DNA of 64,000 bases. Source: Dimorphilus gyrociliatus. Taxonomy: Eukaryota; Animalia; Annelida. The stretch's first letter is position 1, and every line of letters begins with the position of its first letter. Made by a program: the position numbers and the translations under genes. Below the pieces are notes generated by a model. That model worked only from the letters and a program-made list of their open reading frames with translations. It made no database searches and was not told the DNA's origin. This document shows positions 1 to 11,300 of this stretch, piece by piece. The stretch is taken from assembly GCA_904063045.1 (NCBI GenBank), contig CAJFCJ010000003.1:620001-684000 (forward strand), read 5' to 3'.

Positions 1-2585
1 ACTAATAAGTAATAAGACACCGTTTGGACCGCAATTTTTCATTATCTAATTGTATTTTATAAAGTTTGCAGAGTTTTCCCAAAACGACAAAGACACGACA
101 AGCGTTTGTCCATTTCTGTCTTAAGCCTTTATTCATTTTCTTACTCTTTTCGAAAGATTAATATTACTAGCCATCTGTGCTTTCTATTTCGAAAAGAGGG
201 TAGTCTTAAAAACAGGCCTTTTTTTATTTGCTCTTTTTTAAAGTAAACGAAATATTTTTAGTAAAAAAGGCTAACAAAGGGAACGTGTTTTTCCGTATGA
301 ACGAAAGAGAGAATGACTAAGTCTTATTTACATAATTAATTAAAGGAAAAAAGGAGAAAGGAGAGAAAGAGAAAGAGAGAGAGAGGTGTGGCGAGGGAAG
401 TAGAATGTGAATAAGGAGAGGGTAAAGGAAAAGAGATACGAAAGTAAGATAGGGATAAGGAAAATAGTTAAAGAATTTGTCTAATAAGACGCTAAATGAA
501 CTCTATGTACACTATATATATATATATACAGTATATATAAATTAGAGAAAACCTTTTGCATAATTAAGAAGATACAAATGTATTAAATTACCTATAAGAA
601 AAAATAGTAAGATTGATTTTTTTCGACCAAAACACTTTTCGTGTTTGATAAGGATAATTATACTCGTTACTTGGATACTGAAAATAATTTTATATATATA
701 TGAGTCTTCCTCTCTTTAGTGTCTATCTCGAAGGATTCTTGAAATCATTTAGAGAGAGAGATTGAGTGAGGGAGGAAGGGAAGAGAGGTGTAATGAAGTT
801 ATATACAATATATATACTGTATATACTAATATATAAGTACTGCAGAGCTTAATTATAACAATAATACAGAGAGAATTAATGTAATATAATGGATATTTTA
901 AGTAAAAACAAAGCAGAATATCATCTCTTCATTTACATTTTTTCAATAAATATATCAATTATGAGTATATAGATGTATATCCCTTTGATCATTGATTTAT
1001 ACATATTGTATTTCTATAAACTCCAATCTGATTCTATTAAATAAATGTCAATTGGAGGATTTTCTATGATTAATTCATCACTCGAATACCGAAAAGTTTC
1101 TTCTCTCATCTTTACCTTTCCTATTACTTAACTCCCCATTCTCTTTATAAAGGTATTTTCATCTTTTAGCCTACGTTTCTTTTTTTTTCTTTATCCTTCA
1201 TTTTTTTTATCAAAGTGCATAGTACGTTGCCTTAAAACTAAACTTTATACTCCTCTCCTCTCTCAAACGGCGCGTGTTCTGATTCATACAAGCAGAGATA
1301 TCTTTATAATATATACATATATATATACGTGCACCGATGCTGGAGACATGGCTAGCTTTTGGCAGGTGTTTATCACTACTCTTTATAAATTTAATATGGT
1401 ATTAGTAAAAGATAGACAAGAATGAATGAACTATCGCTCCTATCGTGAAAGATGACGATTATAAGAGGCGAAAGCTATTAGCATAAAGAAAAAAAAGGAA
1501 AGACAGTGTCTACGCCGTTTCGTGATGCAATCTGGAAAAGAAAATATTTGTTGACGTGTTCGATGATAGAAGCTGACGCAGATAATGACGGATTATCTTA
1601 TGCTATACTATTAGATATTAACTCATATCTTACGGAAGTATGTTGAAAGTAGTCGATAGTAGGTTGTAAAGGGGAGTCCATTAATTATAAAAAATGACAA
1701 ATTATACTTTTTTGACCACTCTTTTATAAAATTATCTTCTATTAGGCCTACATGGTCCAACGTTTCCTCCCTAATAAGGAATAACTGCATAATAGGATAA
1801 AGACGTTGGTAGATTTTTTTCCCTTCCCTCCTTTCTATTTCATCTAAAAAAGTTGCCTTAAAATAATTATCTATTTAGGTGGAATTGTGGCAAACTAGGT
1901 AAATTACGTAATAAGGAGAGGTAATACTATCTTGAGTGTACGGTGCCCTATATCATAATAGCTTTTTAATCCAAGAGCTTTTAACGCTTTTTTCATATAT
2001 ATCGTATTGAATTTATATAAAAGAAACAAGATAATGAATAACTGTTCTTCCAGTTGAATAAAAAATTGAGAAGGACGACAGATGCTGACTAAGCATTTAA
2101 AAGAGAATGGTAGTTTATGTAAAACGCTAGGCTTGACTGATTTCATCCTTATGCTACTTGTTCCACGAGTATCTCTTTTTTAAAACATAGGCTCTCTGGC
2201 CTTTCACAGAGAATATTACTTAGACGGTAAAAGTAAAGTCGTATTTCAAAGAGGGTAGCAACATTTGAGATGCTCAGTCTTCATTTGCAAAGAAAAACAC
2301 TGTATTATGAATAATACGAATAGAATCCAAATATTCTATGTGATTAATAACGTTTTTCAGTTTTTTTTTTCTACTGGGTAAGAATATAAAAATACCATAT
2401 ACTGCAATATGATATTATCAAATATCATGAATGTTTATTGCACATGCTGTAGCATCACCTTCCACCTAGGAAAGCCTAGTTATCAAACCAACCTTCCGAC
2501 AAATCTTATCTCTATTTCCACCCACCGACCTTTGACCCCACCAAACTCCTCTACATAAACAATCTATGTCTTTTTTATTTTTCAG

Positions 2586-3718
2586 AATGGTGCTCAAGGC
2601 TCATGGCGCCTACTGGCCAAATGCGGAATAAACGAGGTAATATCAGTAAAAACGATTCGAAAAAGGTCAATAAAATCGGTGAATGATAGTCGTAAATCAT
2701 TGTCACCGATTCGCATGTTCCTGCCCCAGACACGCGTAAATACACGCCCAAGTTAAGCGTAAAAAACGGAACAAAACGGTTCAGAGAGCGGCTACCATAA
2801 AGAATTTTGACTTATAAATACATTTATATATATATATATTATATATAAATATATATATATATATACAGCATATTGAGCATGCATAGATGTCATCCTACTC
2901 CGACAAGGGTTTCTTTATAGAATAACTGCAAATAAGGTAAAGAAAATTACCCGAAGCAAGTACCTAATGTTCTCCTGTCGTTAACGATGATCACTTCCGA
3001 AGTTCTACCCCTAAGCTTTCTATTCTAGGCCTTTAAATTTTTCATTTACAACTCCTAACCTTTCGGTTCGTCTCCTTCAACGCCATCTATTGGGATATTA
3101 TACGAATTGCGAACGTTGTAAATACTTTCCTGCTTCGTTAGGAGAGATGCTAATTCAATGTTATCTCTGTTTCTCTTGTTCCTCCTCCTTTTGTTTGTTT
3201 TCCATTAAGATTTACAAAAGATTTATCAGTAGCTTGGACCTTTTTAAAGCAAATAAATTTAAGAGACTAATAACGATGCTGATAGCCTAAGAGGGTTCCG
3301 CTTTATTGTCGTGCAATTTATAGCCATAAATAATCAACTAAATTGAGTTAATTTCTTTTTTACGCAAATTCTTTTCCGATTGATATTCAATCAATTAAAT
3401 TCATAAATGTAATAGCTCCTTTTATTCTCCTTTTATCTACTTTCTTAACCTTTAGGGTACACCTGTCAAAGACAATGACGGTTCCTCAAACGACTCAGGT
3501 AGAGGAAGCGACGAAGGTACATATTGCAAATGTATTAAATTTTTAATAATCCTTTTCAATATTTTACGTTTTCATCAGGTGATCAACGAACTAAACTTGG
3601 TGGCAATCTACAAACTTTCCGCGATTGGTACCCATCTAAATCAAATCACGTTATTTATAAACGTGGTAAAGTTGATGTTCAACTGGAAAGAGACGATGTG
3701 CCAGAGTCTAACGTCTAG
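2586..3718 (+). CDS. 3' end (3 exons) of a gene starting left of the window; probable protocadherin cytoplasmic tail
   Basis: Exons 2586-2636, 3456-3516 and 3579-3718 have canonical AG/GT ends and join in frame: NGAQGSWRLLAKCGINE-GTPVKDNDGSSNDSGRGSDEG-DQRTK...DDVPESNV*. DSGRGS resembles the protocadherin DSG cytoplasmic motif, and ESNV is a class I PDZ-binding end. No ectodomain lies in the window, so the family call is an inference. Confidence 0.5.
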
Positions 3719-3919
3719 AGAGATTTTCAATATAAACAATATGCATAAATATATAAGTGTATATACAAAAGCAAAATGTATATACAGAAATATCTCTGTC
3801 TACCAATCCATCTCTTTTCATAAATATCTATATATCTCCTCAATCTCCCTTATCTCTCTCTCTCTCTCTCTTTCTTTTCTTTTTATTTTTCAATGTTTGA
3901 TTTGTACAAAGAGAAAACA

Positions 3920-3955
<36 letters not shown>

Positions 3956-4984
3956 TTTACATAGCATTACAAAACTGCACTGGCAGTAAGAAACAAGAAT
4001 GAACTTTTTACAGGCCTACGTCACTCTTTATATGATGTTAGTCTCAAAAAAAAACAAAAGTAACAAAATTGAAAAACTTGTTTTAGACTGATGGAAATAT
4101 TTCTTTCTTTTATTTCTTCCTTTTTTTGTTTTTTGAATAATAAAACAATTAATAATGAAATTAATTTGAATTGTTATTCTATTCGATTTTTTATATATTA
4201 CATTACAATAACATTTTAATAGGTTTGAGGAATATAATGAAGTGTTTACTGATTGTAATATAAGACTGTATCAATGAATATGGTAAACACTTGGTAATAA
4301 ATAGATTGATCTGGGTCAAATAAATAATTGTTTAAAGAACAAGCTTTCAATTTTTTTTCCCTTTTTTTTTAGGTTCAAGATTATTGGAAATTGTTAAGAG
4401 AAGAGGAAATAGGCGAGAAGAGAAATTAAAGGAAAGAGTGAAGATAAAAGGAAAAAGATATACATGCATAGAGTATTTCTGTCTATATATTGTCAAATAT
4501 ATATAAATAAACATACTAAATGAAGATGTTAATATTATATGAAATACCATTGTTTATAATAATTAGTATATTGATATAAAGAAAATAAAAAATTAAGAGT
4601 TAGTTGTTTGCCTCAAGATATAAAGTTTGCAAATAAAACTATAGAGTTTATGCAAGAGTTTTTAAAAAAGGATATAGAAAGAATCAATAGAGATCAATAG
4701 GAAAACAATTGCGGAAAACAAACTGGACGCAAAGAGAACTGCTAAGAGAAGAAAAGGTATGAAAAGAATAGGAACAATTTTCCCTCTATCCATTCACCCG
4801 TATTTATTTAGCACGCAGCCGCTCGATAAATAGGAGCGTGTCAAGCGCATTTCTACCGGCATTAATCGAACTCTTGTATTTACGGATAAAAAGAACCTTA
4901 ATAAAACTACTTGTCACGCCCAGATACGTGTTCGTTTGTAAAGATGCCATAGTCTTCCTGTCATTCGTAGTCCGAGAGAGGGCC

Positions 4985-5038
4985 TTACAACCAGCTTCGT
5001 CTCTCCTTTTCTTCATACGGCAGTTGATACATTGTCGT
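4985..5038 (-). CDS. Possible terminal coding exon of the minus-strand protocadherin (TTMYQLPYEEKERRSWL*)
   Basis: A strong pyrimidine tract plus AG ends at 5039, and the phase 0 matches the previous exon end at 8381. Intervening exons cannot be excluded. Confidence 0.35.
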   Translation of the reverse strand, partial: TTMYQLPYEEKERRSWL

Positions 5039-5100
5039 CTAGAAGAGAAGAGTGGGAAAAGGGAGATGATCAGAACCATTGAGTAAGTGAGTGAGAGAGT

Positions 5101-5102
<2 letters not shown>

Positions 5103-5139
<37 letters not shown>
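5103..5139. repeat. (GA)n microsatellite; similar GA/CT tracts near 6730-6760, 7135-7160, 22569-22604, 43953-43986 and 56673-56699
   Basis: Direct reading of the dinucleotide runs. Confidence 0.95.
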
Positions 5140-5145
<6 letters not shown>

Positions 5146-6726
5146 AGAGAGAAAAATAAACAAATACTGAGTAAATATTGCATAAAACATTTTTTTTGCT
5201 ACTATATGTAAATTAATATCGAGCGCCATCTTTGGTACATAATTAATAATTTATTAAAAGGATAACAAGGAATCGTTTGGCATTCGATAAAGTATAGGCA
5301 AAGAAATCGATATAAAGGTTAATAAAAGAGGTTAATTATTGAAGTCTTGGATGTATTTGTTGGCGCAGAACCTTTTAGTCTAGTTCCTTCTTTTCCTATT
5401 TCTACCACTTATACTTAAACAAAATAGTAGTAACTGGAAAACACATATCTATCTATGAATATTCATTACCTAATTTCTGAAGTATTTCACGTTCTTCGTA
5501 TATTCTTCTTGGCTGTGGACAGAATGAAAAGAAAAAATTAGAGATAAGAAAAACAAGCGCAGCTGTCCATTGGTCAACCGCAAAGAGATTTAATTGTTTG
5601 CTTAAAGAAATTGGGCATTAGTAAGATGAATGTCCAGCGTGTTGGACGCAGATTAAAAATACCACCGTTTTATTGTTCTAATTAAGTAGTTTTCAGGGAT
5701 TAAGATGATTAAGTAGTGCTCAGTCACGTTTTGCCTAATAGGCTGAAAAAATTATACGCTTTACCGTCGGCATTGGACGAGAAAATGACCGTTCTGCTCA
5801 GTCAACCGGTATGACAAACACTCTCTTGTCAAAAAACTCGAAAATTAATTGTCTTATATCGGATAGATGGCGCTCCGATTGAATGCGCCTCCCTCAAAGT
5901 TAATAATCTCTTTAGCCACTCATGAATATAATTGTTTGTAGGATAATCTCAATTAACTTTTCTTTATATGTTTCTTTATATTTTCTAATAAATACTTTAT
6001 CTTAATTATTATATTATTGTTATTAGCATTAGAAACAATAATGACTAGCTACTCCAAAATTAATTTGTTTGTAATTTACAAACAGATTTGATTGCTTTTT
6101 ATTAAATTCTCTGTATTTAGTTTATTAAGCCTTTATAGACACTTCCTTTCTCTCTGTCTCCTCCCCTTCAATCCCCCCGTTTTTTCCTCCTCCCCTTCCC
6201 CCTCTACTCATATACTTCGATTGCTAACATATATTTTAAATAGTGAAAAGAAAAGTTTGGAAAAAAGAAGGAATAAACAGAACTTAAACATCCGTAAGAA
6301 AAAAAAAGAAACTAGATAACGAGCAAATCATCAGTCGGACGCTGATTAGGGAGAAAAAGTCGATTGGAGAGATTGAAAAGGGCAGAAAAAGGATGAAATT
6401 TAAGATTGAGATAGAGGCTTTATGGGTGGTAGTAGCTTGTTGGAATAGACAGAGAGAGAGAGAGAGAGGGGGAAAGAGAGATAAAGAAGAGACACAGAAA
6501 AAGAAATTGAAAAACAGGAGGTAGGATAGGGCATTCAAATGGAAGGAATTGTTTATTTAGTTAACATACTTTTTATTTGGACTTAGATCTGTATTTATAC
6601 TAAAAAAAACCCAAATTTTTGTTGTTTGAATCCCATAATCCTTAAATCTCATAACTCGTTCTTAGTAATCAAAAGAGAAAATTCATAACTGGTTATTTTA
6701 TAAACGATAACTAGAGAAAAAACACA

Positions 6727-6762
<36 letters not shown>

Positions 6763-7136
6763 GTCTTTCTCTCTTTACATATACTTCTCCCTAGTAAACT
6801 TTATTCCGTCCTTCCTTACCAAACACGAGACTTTATAAATACATATAAAGTCAAGGTCACTTCTTATCATCTACTATTTACATAATACATCAGTTTATTT
6901 ATTTAATTGATATTAATATTATATTATATAGAGGAAAAAAGACTCTATATAGATATTTATTTATAAATTGTTTAAGTAATTCGCTCATCTTTCTCGTCCA
7001 CATCTTGCGATATATAAATTGATTAACGCGGAAGTAGATCGCTATATTATTAATATAGGCCTACATTAAGATAGGGAAGTGTAGAAAAATAAATTACTCT
7101 ACTTATATATTTCTTTCTCACTCTTTTCCCCCTGTT

Positions 7137-7167
<31 letters not shown>

Positions 7168-8380
7168 ACACACATGCTCTTTTACTTCCTTCCTCCCCCT
7201 TAAACGCTATTTCTCCACTGCTCATATCTTCTCTCTGCCCTTCTATTTCTTTTTTCAAAACATGCTCAAGTATATTCTTACACATATACAGAGTATACAC
7301 TTTATATATATACTGTATATATTTATTGTATATATTCTTAATGATAATAATAGATAGGCCTACGCGAAGAACTGATGAATATTAATTATTTGGTAAAATT
7401 ACCAAGAGAGTTTATATTTTGAAAAATCGAAGAAACATTTTTCTCTTAGCTAAGGCGAAACTTGAGTCTATTTTTTCTTTATTAAATTTACAGAAGATTA
7501 TCGCGTGATCGACTGTTTGTATTTATATTGTAGATATATTGGAACATGCTTGCGGATGTTTTTATTATTTTTGGCGTTTATTTCATGCCAGATGATGCGC
7601 AATTCTCTTCTTATAAATTTATACTTTCCTCTTTCTTCCTTGATTAACTGTAAAAATGTTTATATAAAGGGAATTGTTCTCGCCTCTCACCCTGATCTGA
7701 GTTTCTTTATCCCTCTTTCTCCATTTTATTTTCTTTTTAAGAAAAGAAAGAATTGAAGATAAAGAGGCAGAGAAGGAGAAGGAGATAGAGAAAGGAAGAG
7801 ACGCCTTCTTCTTGGTAAATTAAATGACGTCATGCACTTGTAAAGTCTATTAACGTTTTATTTTTCCGTATGAGTATTTAGTGTTATATTTTTCCCTTTC
7901 TTCCTTTCACTTTTATTACTTCCTTTTCTCCTTCTTCCTCTCGATTTTATACCTGAGATTTTGTCTGTTTGAATAGGAAGAAGACGACGAAAGATATTCC
8001 ATTTTTCCATTAATTAAACACACTGCCAAACCAGTCGCGTGATAAACCGACGTTTCTATATTTGCTCGCAATATAGGCCTAAGAAAGAAAAGTTCCTATT
8101 CTTACGGTTTATTGCGCTTTCTCGTCTTCATTGAATACATGGTAAAGCACTTAGACCTATTTTGTTCAATTAATTTTGAAAAAAGTCGCCGGTGTATATT
8201 GCGTGATTTTCAGTACGCTGAAGAAGGAAGTAACTCAAGAAAATACTTAGGGTCAATAGAAAGATGATTTAGAGAGCACCTGGCGCTAATATGAGTTTTC
8301 CATGAAAAAATTGCGCTTATTAGCGAAAATAATTAGGTTGTTCAATTGGTTACGTAAATGAAAAACTTGTTCATTCTAAC

Positions 8381-11300
8381 CTCGTATATTTTTGGCAATC
8401 TCTCGTGACCAGAACACAGTTGACTATGTGATCTAGAATAGGCTATTTCTCTTCCCCTCCACGACGAATTCTTCTCTCCGAACAATCGATGCTAAGGACG
8501 GTAAAAGAGGAAAAAATATGAGATGATAATAAGGGAAATACGATAAATTAAGTGAAATTAGTTTTGTACATTCAGCTAATTTTTCAATACTTAAACAAAT
8601 CAAGTCTATTCTGGCTTCATTTTCTCTTTAGTCATATGGATATAATCATAGGAGAATTTCTATTAAAAACTGTTATTTCCAGTAAAATAAATGATTAGGG
8701 ACGGAGAGCTTTGCCAAGCAATTTTATGTAATAATTAAAGGCTAGAAGTTCGGTAAGAAAGTACGATAAAATAATACTACCAGCAAGGAAAATTCATTGG
8801 TCAACTAAAGAATTATACTCACGTTTGCTACGCGCTCCTCATTATCCGATATGCATGAAACATCATCTTCAAAAGCGTATCTCACAGACCCATTGACCGG
8901 TACAACACCGCCATCATCTCCTCTCCTCTGGTGATTTTTCTTTTTCCTACGCCTCTTTCTTATCAGTACGCAGCAAATTATGATAAGGATAGCGAAGAGG
9001 ATGGAAGAACCTATTCCCAAGCTTGTTACTAGTGTAGTTTTCCCAAATTTATGAAAGAAGCTTGAAGACGATGCATCGACGATGATTTTGAATGATTTTG
9101 ATTCTGATAATTTGCCATCAGATATTCTTACTTCAAAGTTGAATTCTTCTTCCGAATGATCGTCTATCTGACCCTTTTGATGTTTTTACCAAAACATTGA
9201 TAAGAAAGGGGAAAAGGGACGGAAAAAAGAAGCAAAAGTAACGATTAAATCATAAATTATTAATAGAAAATATAATAAAAAACTATACATTTAGAAACAA
9301 TTCTCCATCGGCCGTTATTAGAAAGAGACGTCTATAGCGACGTTGCGTGATTTCGAATGTTAAATTCGTCCCTAAATCCTTATCTGCCGCCCTTATCTTC
9401 CCAATTAACGTTCCGTAACCAGCGTTTCTACTAACTGAAAATGTTAGCCCTGCTTCGTCGTAAAAATAAGGCTTTTCGTCATTCTTGTCTAATACTGTAA
9501 CCAAAATCTCTGCTTTATCGGAAAGGGAAGCGTCCATGACGTCTCTAGCTACGGCATAAAATTTGTATGAACTTTGTAATTCCCTATCGAGATCTCGTAG
9601 CAATCGTAACTTCCCCGTCTGTCTTTCAAGACTGAACGCTTCCGGGCCGTCTAATTCGTAGACGGTTTGGTTGAAGGGTGAAAGATCGAGGTCAACAGCT
9701 GTTAATTTTCCTAGGAGCCCCCTCCAATTCTCAGTAACGTTGAACTCGTAGGCTTTCTTCTCAAAGATTGGACGTTCGTCGTTGCAATTGTTAATTCTAA
9801 TAATCACGTGACCAGTTGATTGTCTACTAGGTTTTCCGTGATCTCGGACAGTAACTCTAAAAGAGAAGTTTTGCTGAATTTCAAAGTCCAATTTTTTCTT
9901 AAAGTATGGGAAAATTTTCTCGATTTGTTCTCCTTTCAATTGCAGAAAGAAAGGTAATTTATGATTGTATATGTTGAAAAATTTGTACTACTTATGGACA
10001 TAAATAGGCCTAGAATTTTCTCTTTTACCTTTATCTTCAATAGAGAGCCATAATTGAAAAAATGATCATAATAGGCTTTAAGAGACTTATTCTTCTAATA
10101 CTTATAACTTAAACATAATAAAAAAAGAAATAGCAACTGAGATCCTTGAATAAGAACCCATACTTTAAGACAAAGAAGCCCACTAGACGGATCCAACTGG
10201 AAAAAGTCGACGTCGGAATCAATCAGATAAGAGAGTTCGCCATTCGGACCGATATCGCCGTCATTCGCTCGAATACGCCCGATTACTGAGCCAACTATTG
10301 CCGTTTCATTGACGTTCATTTGAAGGGAAGAATTCTGTAGGATAGGGTTGTTGTCATTCACATCCTTGACCTTTACTGTTAAAGACTTCCAAGCGGTCCT
10401 TCGTGGATGACCTTTATCCGCACAATTAATCTTTATACTATAAGTATCACGATCTTCTCTGTCCAATTTTCGTGTGGTTACAAGTTGATATGAGTTCACG
10501 AAAGGTTTTATTTCAAATGGTTCACTAACTGTCGGAGAATTGGTTATATACTTTCCACTACTATTTGGATATGATACATTAAATATAAATATATGTGTCT
10601 TTTATGAACCCTCTCCACCTGTCCAATTAGTTTAATTACCTTGATGATATTTCTTGGATATGGAATATAAACAGCTCTTCCTCCTCTCGGCTCTGTTTGA
10701 TGCTAATTGCATCTTCTATAGAGTTTTAGGGATTACAGTACAATATTCATGGAGAAATGTCTATACTGGCTCTACTGTACGCTGCTATTTTTCGAATGAG
10801 CGATATTCGGTTAAATATAAAAGTTATATACTGGAGTTGAATCTCCTATCCCTAATATCCTAATTTCAGTCATATTACAGAAGTAAGACTGACAACTAAT
10901 TAGCAAGATAAAGGAACCTGGTAACTTCCTAATTATGTGTTCACCCTATGGATAAATTTGGCTAATGATTAAAGTTGAAGCAAAAGGAATAAATCCGTAT
11001 GTCATATAGCCGCATTTCATTGCTATCCTCATCATTATTAATGCAGGTTCTTTAAATTACTCCTTCTTTCCAAAATTACTTAAATGACAGATAATCATTG
11101 ACACAGAACTACATTTTTGATGAGAAACAAATTTCCATGTTGCCACCCCCAATCTCCACCCCCTAACCACCTATTCCCTGTTGATTTATTGACGAAGACT
11201 TAATTTTTCAAAAGGGTTTATGAATAACCAATTCTTCGACGAACCTGAACATTCTAATTCGCCATTTCTGCCGTCGTCTTTGTCCTCTAACAGAACTCTT

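Noticed and set aside
1879-1898. Possible 20-nt micro-exon of the plus-strand gene (ag|GTGGAATTGTGGCAAACTAG|gtaaat)
   Set aside because: The only frame compatible with the next exon (phase 0 at 2586) ends in TAG.
3579-3989. 136-aa ORF in the track
   Set aside because: It begins at a splice acceptor with GTG and runs through CT and TA microsatellites. The real exon uses another frame and stops at 3718.
4804-5229. 141-aa minus-strand ORF and other LSLSLS, IYIYIY or poly-F/K ORFs (for example 6284-6538, 21737-21979, 22838-23191)
   Set aside because: These are translations of microsatellites and homopolymer tracts or antisense shadows of real exons, with no protein-like content.
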